Shown: positions 26,214 to 34,680 of the stretch, piece after piece
How positions within the stretch are numbered: the first letter of the stretch is position 1
Layout: the number at the start of each line of letters is the position of its first letter
IMG/VR virus record: IMGVR_UViG_3300049052_000077
Span: 1 to 49,751 of that record
Length of the DNA stretch: 49,751 nucleotides
Origin: a virus
Taxonomy: Duplodnaviria; Caudoviricetes
Reading direction: 5' to 3' (one strand)
The notes under the pieces: generated by a model
What the model was told of the DNA's origin: nothing
What the model saw: only the letters and a program-made list of their open reading frames with translations
The model's database searches: none
Program-made: the position numbers and the translations under genes

Positions 26214-26404
26214 CCTTCCCGGACCTGACGCCACGGGAGCATGAAGTGGCCGCGCTGGAGTGCGACGCCATCGCCGAGTACCTGGAGAAGCTGGCTGACC
26301 TGTGTGACGGCCCGCTGGCGGCCAACCTGTCGGCGCAGCATATGGCCTGCGCGACGGCGATCCGGGGGCGCGCTGCTCGGCATCGCGGCCAGGAGACGCT
26401 GTGA
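26201..26404 (+). CDS. hypothetical protein
   Basis: Coupled ORF; start uncertain. Confidence 0.5.
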   Translation: MAVVTFPDLTPREHEVAALECDAIAEYLEKLADLCDGPLAANLSAQHMACATAIRGRAARHRGQETL

Positions 26405-26796
26405 GCGACTGGGACGACGAGGACGACCTCGAGCCCGAACCGAGCCTCCGAGTCCGCCTGTCCTCGCTGAGACGCCGAGCCAAGCGCCGCGCAGGTCGCG
26501 CGCTCAGGGCGATCCGACTGCACCGCTGGGCCGACGCCCTCGACCCGCCCCTGACACCATGGTGGTTCCGCCGGCCTCTGGGCTACCGCGAGTTCTTTGC
26601 GGACCCCAGCGAGCCCGCAGAGGACTACACAGGGCTTGCAGAGCACTTCGAGGACGTCCTGCTTTCCCAGATGCGTCTCATGGACGACCAGAAGCGCGAC
26701 AAGCTCACCCGCGAGGCGTTCACCAACCCCGACCCGGACATGGCGGGCAGGGCTGTGGAGGAACTTCGCTGGATGAACGCCGAGGGGCGACGGTGA
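26401..26796 (+). CDS. hypothetical protein
   Basis: AGGAG RBS, coupled. Confidence 0.6.
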   Translation: MSDWDDEDDLEPEPSLRVRLSSLRRRAKRRAGRALRAIRLHRWADALDPPLTPWWFRRPLGYREFFADPSEPAEDYTGLAEHFEDVLLSQMRLMDDQKRDKLTREAFTNPDPDMAGRAVEELRWMNAEGRR

Positions 26797-26984
26797 AGTA
26801 CTGGCTGGCCCGCTACCTCCGCCGCTGGGCCGACCGTCTCTACCCACTCCCACCTCCTCAGGTGGAGTTCGAGGCCATCCACTTGCCCAACAGCCGCACC
26901 ACCGTGTTCCGGGACAAGCGGACCGGGGAGATCACCGGCTGTTGCGGCACAGCGCCATCTGAGCACCGAGAAGAGGCCAACTGA
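26793..26984 (+). CDS. hypothetical protein
   Basis: GTGA overlap. Confidence 0.55.
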   Translation: MKYWLARYLRRWADRLYPLPPPQVEFEAIHLPNSRTTVFRDKRTGEITGCCGTAPSEHREEAN

Positions 26985-27352
26985 TGCCGGAAATCGCCAA
27001 CCTGGTAACCCTGGACCCCAATCAGCGCAAGCTGCTCATCGATGGCCTTGAGTTCCCGTGGCTGATCAGCGAAGACGGGCTGACCATCAACAACCTCCCA
27101 CCCACACCCAAGCTGCCCTCCGTGACGGTCACGTTCTTCCCGAACGACGTCGAGGTGGTGGAGCAGCCCAAGAAGAAGCTGATCGTCGACGGTCAGGAAT
27201 TCCCCTGGCTGATCGACGAGAAGGGGCCGACCGTCGAGAACCTCGACGCGCCCGACGCCCTCTGCAGCGTGACGCTGACGTTCTTCACCGAAGACGTCGA
27301 GGTGATCCGCAAGAACGCCCAGGAAAGTGCAGAGAAACCGCAGGTGGCATGA
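26984..27352 (+). CDS. protein with a tandem-duplicated ~50-aa domain
   Basis: KLLIDGLEFPWLI...SVTVTFF..DVEV present twice. Confidence 0.75.
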   Translation: MPEIANLVTLDPNQRKLLIDGLEFPWLISEDGLTINNLPPTPKLPSVTVTFFPNDVEVVEQPKKKLIVDGQEFPWLIDEKGPTVENLDAPDALCSVTLTFFTEDVEVIRKNAQESAEKPQVA

Positions 27353-27585
27353 TGCACCCCGCGGTGAAGGCGATCACTTCGCCGAAGACGCAGATCTGGA
27401 TGAATGGGATCCTGCTGCTGGTCTTCGTAGCCCAGGTTCCTCCCACTGTCCTGTGGTGGAAGGAATCCATCGCCTACATCGCCTACCTGTCGATCTACGC
27501 CGTCATCGCGTCCCATTGGGCCGCGCTGGTGGCGGCGTTGTCGTGGTTGTCGAGCAAGCACGTGGAGGAGAACGGCGATGCGTGA
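27349..27585 (+). CDS. two-TM membrane protein
   Basis: Two hydrophobic helices. Confidence 0.7.
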   Translation: MMHPAVKAITSPKTQIWMNGILLLVFVAQVPPTVLWWKESIAYIAYLSIYAVIASHWAALVAALSWLSSKHVEENGDA

Positions 27586-27667
27586 CCGCCTGGGCGCCTT
27601 CCTCGACACCGTGACCATGCGCTTCGTGCAGTTCCTGATCAGGGTGTCACGCATCCACATCGGCTGA
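27578..27667 (+). CDS. 29-aa peptide
   Basis: GGAGGAG RBS; MRDRLGAFLDTVTMRFVQFLIRVSRIHIG. Confidence 0.4.
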   Translation: MRDRLGAFLDTVTMRFVQFLIRVSRIHIG

Positions 27668-27748
27668 GATTGCCGCATTCGTGCTGATCGCATTCAATCA
27701 GCCGGTTTGTTTCGTCCATTTCGCCCCGATTCTGCCTAGGAGAACCAC

Positions 27749-27847
27749 ATGGCCGCCCTGCTTCCCCTGCTGTGGACCGTCATCAGCTACAACGACTTCC
27801 TCCTGCCCCGCCTCCTGTGGGGCGTTGTGAGCACCGGCTCGGCATAA
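27749..27847 (+). CDS. 32-aa hydrophobic peptide ending STGSA
   Basis: AGGAG RBS; MAALLPLLWTVISYNDFLLPRLLWGVVSTGSA. Confidence 0.6.
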   Translation: MAALLPLLWTVISYNDFLLPRLLWGVVSTGSA

Positions 27848-27878
27848 CCCCCATCGCTGACGAAGAGGCCTGCGAACC

Positions 27879-28346
27879 ATGAACGCCAACGACCGAATCG
27901 CCTACGCCGAGCGCATGCTGGCACGGGCACAGCAGGAAGTCGCCGCCGCAGAGCGGTTCCTGCTGAGCGCACACGAACAAGCGAAACACGAGCAGGACGA
28001 AGCGGACAAGGCGCTGATGCGACCCGGCGCATTGATCGCAGAGTTCGGCGGCAAGATGTACTTGTCCATGCGGTGCGCGAGTATCGCCATCCATCGGCAG
28101 GACCGGGTTGTCGTGGACCGGGTGGTCCAAACGCTCGGCACCGCCGAACTGCGCTGCGGCTGCGACGCCGTGGCGGAGTGGAACCTGCCGACGGGTGGAG
28201 AGACGACCGCGTACCGATACGTCCGGGACGCCTGTGAACTAGCCGAACGTGGCTGCCACCTCGCGATTGTGCGGTCCACCTCACCCGAGCCGCCCTGTGA
28301 GCACTGGCTGAAGGTTCCCCTGACGCTCGACAGGGCCGACCGATGA
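27879..28346 (+). CDS. hypothetical protein
   Basis: GC3-biased ORF. Confidence 0.6.
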   Translation: MNANDRIAYAERMLARAQQEVAAAERFLLSAHEQAKHEQDEADKALMRPGALIAEFGGKMYLSMRCASIAIHRQDRVVVDRVVQTLGTAELRCGCDAVAEWNLPTGGETTAYRYVRDACELAERGCHLAIVRSTSPEPPCEHWLKVPLTLDRADR

Positions 28347-28699
28347 ACCGCATCGTCGCTGCCGGCTTGGCGTGGGAGATGCTGATGGGCAAGCGCATCG
28401 CCTTCTTCGGCCCCACCAGCGCCTACCTCACCCAGGCCATAGACGACATCACCCGCTACCTCGAGGGCTACGACACCCCAGGAATCACCTACGGTGCTCT
28501 CGACGGTGCCGCGGCGATCGAACACCGGGATGGCGGCTGGATCCGCTTCTACACCACGGAGTCGAGTTCGAACCGTCCTGTGGTGGCGGACATCCTGTAC
28601 GTGGACGCGCCGGTCGCACTGGATCACGTTGGAGTAGCGCCCATCGCCGCTGCCTCGCCGTCGGCTGAGGTTGTTCGTCCGGCAGGATTGACGTCATGA
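28343..28699 (+). CDS. truncated terminase-ATPase-like protein
   Basis: Aligns by eye to the central ATPase segment of TerL (30704-32212). Confidence 0.55.
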   Translation: MNRIVAAGLAWEMLMGKRIAFFGPTSAYLTQAIDDITRYLEGYDTPGITYGALDGAAAIEHRDGGWIRFYTTESSSNRPVVADILYVDAPVALDHVGVAPIAAASPSAEVVRPAGLTS

Positions 28700-29199
28700 G
28701 GATTGTCAGCCAGGCCGAGCTGAAGGCAATGCCGCCCGGCACGCTGTACGCCGAGTACTCCGCAGGCCGTGGGTGGCCGGATGGCCCGACCGACATCTTC
28801 GTTGGCGACAACGAGGGCATGAACGACTTCTTCCTGAAAAGCCTCGGTAGCCCGGCATCGTCTGGTTCAGGGAACTTGTTCGCGCGCCAGCATGAGATGG
28901 ACGAGAAGGGTACCTCGTACCCCATCGGTCTTGAGACAGACCGCGAGGGGCTGTACGACGACACCCTCCGGTACGTCATATGGGAAGCGGCCGATGTGGC
29001 CGCGATCATCGCGCACCTGTCCTGGCTTGAGAACGGACAGGGTGAATGGAACGCCACTTGCCGCTACCGGGTTCGCCGCGCGGACGGCCACGCGGTGTTC
29101 GTCCATGATGAGGATGACGCTCGGATGGTCGCGCGTGGCACCGGAACCATCGAGCGTCTATACGAGCGCCACGAGTCCGAATGGCGGCCGGTGTCGTAG
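28696..29199 (+). CDS. hypothetical protein
   Basis: Coupled ORF. Confidence 0.65.
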   Translation: MRIVSQAELKAMPPGTLYAEYSAGRGWPDGPTDIFVGDNEGMNDFFLKSLGSPASSGSGNLFARQHEMDEKGTSYPIGLETDREGLYDDTLRYVIWEAADVAAIIAHLSWLENGQGEWNATCRYRVRRADGHAVFVHDEDDARMVARGTGTIERLYERHESEWRPVS

Positions 29200-29220
29200 A
29201 TCTTCCGGTGGAGGTTGCCC

Positions 29221-29928
29221 GTGCTGTACGTGGTGATCGGCCCACCCGCAGCAGGTAAGAGCACATGGTGCAGGGAGCAAGCCAAACCAAACGATGTGGT
29301 CATCGACTACGACCGCCTGGCACTGGCCCTCAACCCAGACTCGAACCCCGACAGCCACGACCACCCCAAGACCGTCAAGGCTGTCACCAAAGCAGCGAGA
29401 CAAGCCGCGATCGACAAGGCCCTCACCCTCGCCCACGAGTGCGACGTCTACCTCATCCACTCCACCCCTTCCGAGTCCCTGCTCGACCGCTACCGCCTCG
29501 CTGGCGCCCAAGTCGTCACCATCGACCCGGGCCGCGACATCGTGATGGAGCGAGCCAAGAGGGAACGACCGTGGTGGATGCAGCAGGCCATCAAGAAGTG
29601 GTACGACCAACAGGGCGCAACCCCACGGCCCAGGTCCACAGCGGCACGAGTCAAGGCGAAGAGGACTACCGCTGAGCGTGGGTATGGATGGGAACACCGC
29701 AAGCAGCGTGAAGCCCTACGCCCCACCGTCGAGGCAGGCAAGGCCACATGCTGGCGCTGCCAACTACCGATCAAGCCACGCGAACCATGGGACCTCGGAC
29801 ACGACGACAACGACCGCACTCGCTACCGCGGTCCCGAGCACGTATCCTGTAACCGCGGAGCAGGTGGAAGATCTTCAGCCGCCGCCCGTAAATCTTCCGG
29901 TCCACCGCCCCGCTCACGGGACTGGTAG
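29221..29928 (+). CDS. P-loop kinase (AAA_33-like) fused to a packaging-type HNH domain
   Basis: LYVVIGPPAAGKST, IDYD; RGYGWEH...CWRC...WDLGH...PEHVSCNR. Confidence 0.8.
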   Translation: MLYVVIGPPAAGKSTWCREQAKPNDVVIDYDRLALALNPDSNPDSHDHPKTVKAVTKAARQAAIDKALTLAHECDVYLIHSTPSESLLDRYRLAGAQVVTIDPGRDIVMERAKRERPWWMQQAIKKWYDQQGATPRPRSTAARVKAKRTTAERGYGWEHRKQREALRPTVEAGKATCWRCQLPIKPREPWDLGHDDNDRTRYRGPEHVSCNRGAGGRSSAAARKSSGPPPRSRDW

Positions 29929-30306
29929 ACCGACCCCGATCGGACCGTAAATCTTACGGCCACCCCGCCGGAAATTTACCAGCCATACCGGAAATTTTTT
30001 GGGAGTGATGATGAACATCTCTCACTCCACCTACCCCCCGAGGGTATCCGGCATAGGGGGAGGGGGTACCCGCGAGAATGAGAGCGCCACGTCGCGACTC
30101 TTTTCGGCCAGTCGCGATCTCTCTCCCTCACGAATGAGGCGGCCCGTGTAGCACGACACGCCCGGATATGTCAACCTCTTGACAAGGTATTTCTTGCCCG
30201 ATTTGGCAACTCAGTAAGATTTACGGCGGTATTCTGGCTGAAAATGGCCGTAAATCTTACGGTGCCACATATCCGCAGGTCAGAGGGCTGACCGTAATAT
30301 TTACGG
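29886..30306. other. probable cos/packaging region with CCGTAAATCTTACGG repeats
   Basis: Intergenic between HNH and TerS; five 15-bp copies; G-run at 30056-30066 and TCTCTCTCCC at ~30118. Confidence 0.65.
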
Positions 30307-30348
30307 TCCCTCACCCCCGCGGACCAGCCACGAGAGCGGAGGTGTCGG

Positions 30349-30723
30349 ATGCGCGTCTGCGACTACTGCGCCGGAGAAATTGCGGCGTCGGCACCCCGGA
30401 ACACGAAGTACTGCTCGGCGAAGTGCCGCAAGGACAGCCAACGCGCACCGGAGCTGGCCGTCGTGCCGTCGACTGCCGAGTCTGAGCCGGATCCGCTGGT
30501 GGAGGCGGTGCGTCGCGAGCTGGAAGCCGCGGCCCGGTTGGATACGTCGCTCGGCCAGCAGGCGCTGGCCGCTGCGGAGCGGATGAGCGCGGCGTCGGGC
30601 GCGGCGTTCGCGGCGCTGTCGAAGGAGCTGCGGGAGTTGATGACCGCGGCGACCAAGGGCGCAGCCACCGCGGTGGATCCGATCGACGAGTTGAAGTTGC
30701 GCCGTGACCGCAAGTCTGGCTAA
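30349..30723 (+). CDS. terS: terminase small subunit
   Basis: Directly upstream of TerL; AALSKELRELM...DPIDELKLRR; N-terminal Zn motif. Confidence 0.8.
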   Translation: MRVCDYCAGEIAASAPRNTKYCSAKCRKDSQRAPELAVVPSTAESEPDPLVEAVRRELEAAARLDTSLGQQALAAAERMSAASGAAFAALSKELRELMTAATKGAATAVDPIDELKLRRDRKSG

Positions 30724-32212
30724 GCGGCGCCTGGATCCGACGTACTTCACGCACCCGCCGTACGTCGAGACCTACGGCCCCGAGGTCGCCGACCTCGCGG
30801 CATTGGCGGGGTTCGCGCCCGACCCTGAACAGGAGATGGCGCTCGATGTCCTGTTCGCGATCGGCGACGACGGACTGCCGCTGGTGTTCGAGTTCGCCGT
30901 CGTCGCACCGCGTCAGAACTTGAAGACCGGTCTCAAGAAGCAGGCGGCACTGGGGTGGCTGTACATCACCGAGGAGCGGACGGTGGTGTGGTCGGCGCAC
31001 GAGATGGGCACGACGAAGGAAGCCTTCCTCGACCTCACGACGTTGATCGAGGATTGCCCTCACCTGCGGAAGCGGTTGGCGCCGGGGCCGTCGAACGGGA
31101 TCTACCGCGGCAACGGTGACGAGAGCATTGAACTGGCCACCGGGCAGCGGATGCTGTTCCGGGCAAGGACCCATCGCGGTCTGCGTGGCCTGACCGGCGA
31201 CAAGCTGATCCTTGACGAGGCTTTCGCTCTGCAGTCGGTGCATGTGGGTTCTGTGCTGCCGACGTTGGCGGCGCGGCCGCATTCGCAAGTGCTGTACGGC
31301 TCTTCAGCGGGGAACGCGCAAGCAGCGGTCCTACGTGCGATCCGGGACCGCGGCCGTGTGGGCGGTAGCGACTCGCTGGGCTACATGGAGTACTGCGCAC
31401 CAGAGGGTGGCTGCGCGGACGAGAACTGCACGCACGTGTACGGCCAGGCCAAGGGTTGCGCGCTGGACAACCGGGAGAACTGGAAGGTCGCGAATTCGGC
31501 GCTGGGGCGGCGGATCACGATGGCGAAGATGCAGGCGTTCCGCGAATCGGAGCCGCCGATCGAGTTCGCTCGGGAGCATATGGGTTGGTGGGAGGAGCCT
31601 GCGGGCGCCGAACTGCCGACGATCACAGCAGACCAGTGGCGGGACCTGCGCGACCCGCAGTCCACGCCGAACGACCCGGTGGCGTTCGGGCTGTATCTGT
31701 CGCAGGACCGGTCCGTGGCGGCGATCGCTGTGGCTGGCCGGCGCACGGACTGGAAGATCCACGTCGAGATCGTGCCCGCGAAGAAGGGCGGGGACGCTGA
31801 TTCGCTCCCTGGCACCGCGTGGATCGCGCCCCGGTTGAAGGAGCTTGCCGACCAGTGGAATCCGTGTGCGGTGATCGTGGACGCCTATTCCGCTGCCTCC
31901 AGCCTGATTCCCGCGATCACGGAGGCCGGGGTGGATGTGATCACCACCAGCGCGTCGGATATGGCGCGCGCGTGCGGCCAGTTCTATGACGCGGTCGTCG
32001 AGGACGAGCTGCGGCATCAAGGCGCACTGGCGTTGAAGACCGCGGTGTGTTCGGCGAAGAAACGCAACCTGCGGGACGCGTGGGCATGGGACCGCGCCGA
32101 CCCGAACTCCGACATCACCCAGTTGGTGGCCGCCACGTTGGCCGTACACGGGCTGATAGCCCATGGACCTGAAGAGAAGACCGAGACAGAGGTTTGGGGG
32201 TTCTGGGAATGA
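30704..32212 (+). CDS. terL: terminase large subunit
   Basis: VAPRQNLKT Walker A variant, LILDEA Walker B, ANSALG, FAREHMG. Confidence 0.93.
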   Translation: MTASLAKRRLDPTYFTHPPYVETYGPEVADLAALAGFAPDPEQEMALDVLFAIGDDGLPLVFEFAVVAPRQNLKTGLKKQAALGWLYITEERTVVWSAHEMGTTKEAFLDLTTLIEDCPHLRKRLAPGPSNGIYRGNGDESIELATGQRMLFRARTHRGLRGLTGDKLILDEAFALQSVHVGSVLPTLAARPHSQVLYGSSAGNAQAAVLRAIRDRGRVGGSDSLGYMEYCAPEGGCADENCTHVYGQAKGCALDNRENWKVANSALGRRITMAKMQAFRESEPPIEFAREHMGWWEEPAGAELPTITADQWRDLRDPQSTPNDPVAFGLYLSQDRSVAAIAVAGRRTDWKIHVEIVPAKKGGDADSLPGTAWIAPRLKELADQWNPCAVIVDAYSAASSLIPAITEAGVDVITTSASDMARACGQFYDAVVEDELRHQGALALKTAVCSAKKRNLRDAWAWDRADPNSDITQLVAATLAVHGLIAHGPEEKTETEVWGFWE

Positions 32213-32379
32213 CACTGGCCCAAATCTGGCTGCTCGTCGCCGTTGTGGGTGCCGCCGCGGTCGTGGCCGGCGTCGCCTTGCTGGCTGGGGCGCCGTGGGC
32301 GCTGATCACCGGCGGGTTGATGGCGATCGTCGGTGCGGTGCTGTTGGTCGACCCGAGCGAGATGCGCGGTAGGCGCTGA
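32209..32379 (+). CDS. small membrane protein
   Basis: Two hydrophobic helices, between TerL and portal. Confidence 0.7.
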   Translation: MTLAQIWLLVAVVGAAAVVAGVALLAGAPWALITGGLMAIVGAVLLVDPSEMRGRR

Positions 32380-33785
32380 TGCCGTCTCTGCTGGCCCGCT
32401 GGAAGGGCGGGGACGCCGCTCGCTCGGATATGACCTGGGACGAGTACGCGAACCTGATTCAGCAGTTCCAGTTCAACGGATACACCTACCAAACGGGCCT
32501 CCAGCAGACCCTGGCAGGCACGGACACGGAGCGGCCGTCGAGCAACTTCGTTGGCCTCGCGTCCGGTGCGTACGCGTCGAATGGTGTGGTGTTCGCGTGC
32601 ATGCTGGTGCGCCAGTTGGTGTTCTCCAGCATTCGATTCCGGTGGCAGAACCTGCGCGACGGGAAACCGTCGGACACGTTCGGTACGCAAGAGTTGGCGG
32701 TGCTCGAGGAGCCGTGGACAGGCGGCACCACCCAGGATTTGCTGTCGCGGATGATCCAGGACGCCGACTTGGCGGGCAACAGCTACTGGACGCTGCAGGG
32801 CGGCGAACTGGTGCGGTTGCGGCCGGACTGGGTGGAGATCGTCGGCGCGAGACGGTACCTGCCGAGCACGGGGCGCAACCGCAACCGCGGCACTGGCCAG
32901 GTCGGCTGGATCAAGAAGGGGTACCTGTACACCGAAGGCGGCGCGGCGTCGAACAATGACTCCGTCGCGTTCACCGTGGACGAGGTGGCGCATTTCGCGC
33001 CGATCCCCGATCCGCTGGCGGCCTTCGCGGGAATGAGTTGGCTGACGCCGATCTTGCGGGAGATTCAGGCCGATCACGCCATGACGCGGCATCAGCGGAA
33101 GTTCTTCGACAACGGCGCCACCCCGAACATGGTGGTCAAGCATGACACCGGTGCCGACATGGAGAAAGTGAAGCGGTTCTCGGAGATGATGGCCGAGAAG
33201 CACGCTGGCGTCGAGAACGCGTACAAAACGCTGCATCTCTACCCGGGTGCTGATGCGACAGTGGTCGGCACGAATCTGAAGGATATCGACTTCAAGTCGG
33301 TGCGCGGAGGCGGGGAAACCCGCATCGCCGCGGCCGCCGGTGTGCCGCCAGTGATTGTAGGCCTGTCCGAGGGTCTCGCGGCCGCCACCTACTCGAACTA
33401 TGGCCAGGCTCGGCGGCGGTTGGCGGATGGCACCGCGCATCCGCTGTGGCAGAACGTTTCCGGGTCGCTGAACCGGATCGTGCCCCGGACTGATCGCACG
33501 AAGAGTGGCGCGGTGCGGCTGTGGTACGACGCCACCGACGTGCCGTTCCTGCGCGAGGACGAGAAGGACGCCGCCGACATCGCCGCGATCAAGGCGCAGA
33601 CGATACGCCAGTACATCGACGCCGGATACCTGCCTGACTCCGTGGTCGCCGCAGTGAACGCCAACGACCTCCGTCTGCTCAAGCACAGCGGGCTGTATTC
33701 CGTGCAGCTGCAGAAGCCAGGGGGCAACAACCCCGAACCTCAGGGAGAACCGAATGCCGACGGAAACCAAGAACCTGGCGCGTGA
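32379..33785 (+). CDS. portal protein (HK97-like)
   Basis: VFAC, LAGNSY, LRPDWV, FFDNGATP, RIAAAAGVPP, YSNY. Confidence 0.93.
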   Translation: MPSLLARWKGGDAARSDMTWDEYANLIQQFQFNGYTYQTGLQQTLAGTDTERPSSNFVGLASGAYASNGVVFACMLVRQLVFSSIRFRWQNLRDGKPSDTFGTQELAVLEEPWTGGTTQDLLSRMIQDADLAGNSYWTLQGGELVRLRPDWVEIVGARRYLPSTGRNRNRGTGQVGWIKKGYLYTEGGAASNNDSVAFTVDEVAHFAPIPDPLAAFAGMSWLTPILREIQADHAMTRHQRKFFDNGATPNMVVKHDTGADMEKVKRFSEMMAEKHAGVENAYKTLHLYPGADATVVGTNLKDIDFKSVRGGGETRIAAAAGVPPVIVGLSEGLAAATYSNYGQARRRLADGTAHPLWQNVSGSLNRIVPRTDRTKSGAVRLWYDATDVPFLREDEKDAADIAAIKAQTIRQYIDAGYLPDSVVAAVNANDLRLLKHSGLYSVQLQKPGGNNPEPQGEPNADGNQEPGA

Positions 33786-34680
33786 GGACCTCTGCAGGTC
33801 CGTCCCGTTCACGCTGACCCGTGACGGCGAATCCGATGGCGACGGCCTCACCTTCGAGGGCTATGGCGCGGTGTTCAACAGCCCCACCCGCATCGACTCG
33901 TGGGAGGGAATGTTCGACGAGCAGATCGCGCCGGGCGCCTTCAAGAAGTCCATCCGGGAGAAGACCCCCCGGTTCCAGTTCGACCACGGCCACCATCCGC
34001 TGATCGGCTCCATTCCAATCGGCCGGATCACCGACATCCACGAGGACACCTCCGGGTTGTATGTCGAGGCGCGACTGTCGGATAACTGGCTGGTCGAGCC
34101 GATCCGTGACGCAATCGCCGAAGGCTCTGTCGATGGTATGAGCTTCCGCTTCTCGGTGGTCCGCGATGAGTGGCGCGACAAGGACGGCAAGCTCGTCAAA
34201 CCCGACGAGGTCCTGGATCTGCTGTGGGATGACCGCGAGGGCCGCGGGCCGCTGCTGCGCACCCTGAAGGAAGTCAAGATCGCCGAAGTCGGGCCGGTCG
34301 TGTGGCCGGCCTATGAGGCGACCTCCGCAAGTGTCCGTTCCAAGGTCATCGACCTGGGACGGCTGAATGAACCTGAGCAGCGCAGGCTGCTCGCTCGCGC
34401 CGTGTTCCTCGCGGACACGGCCGACAGCTCCCCTGAGGAGCGGTCCGACGAAGAGCCGCAAGACACCACCCCGGTGGCCGTTGAGCACTCGGACGAGGAC
34501 ACCGACACGCCGCAACCCACCCCAGAGGCCGGGGAGCACGAGCCGGAATCCCCCGAACCCGCACCCGTCGACGATGTCGACGCTGCGCGTATGGCTGCGC
34601 TCGAGGCGCAGTTCACGCAGGCGTTGAACGAGGTCAAGACGGCGCGGGAATCAACCCCACCCTTAAGGACTCTGAAATGA
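33754..34680 (+). CDS. HK97-family prohead protease
   Basis: FEGYGAVFN, EQIAPGAF, DHG, GMSFRFSV, EVGPVVWPAY. Confidence 0.93.
   Translation: MPTETKNLAREDLCRSVPFTLTRDGESDGDGLTFEGYGAVFNSPTRIDSWEGMFDEQIAPGAFKKSIREKTPRFQFDHGHHPLIGSIPIGRITDIHEDTSGLYVEARLSDNWLVEPIRDAIAEGSVDGMSFRFSVVRDEWRDKDGKLVKPDEVLDLLWDDREGRGPLLRTLKEVKIAEVGPVVWPAYEATSASVRSKVIDLGRLNEPEQRRLLARAVFLADTADSSPEERSDEEPQDTTPVAVEHSDEDTDTPQPTPEAGEHEPESPEPAPVDDVDAARMAALEAQFTQALNEVKTARESTPPLRTLK

Noticed and set aside
23141-29928. Complete RNA-repair operon (RtcB/RtcA/RNA ligase)
   Set aside because: No ORF with ligase or cyclase motifs was recognised in the window.
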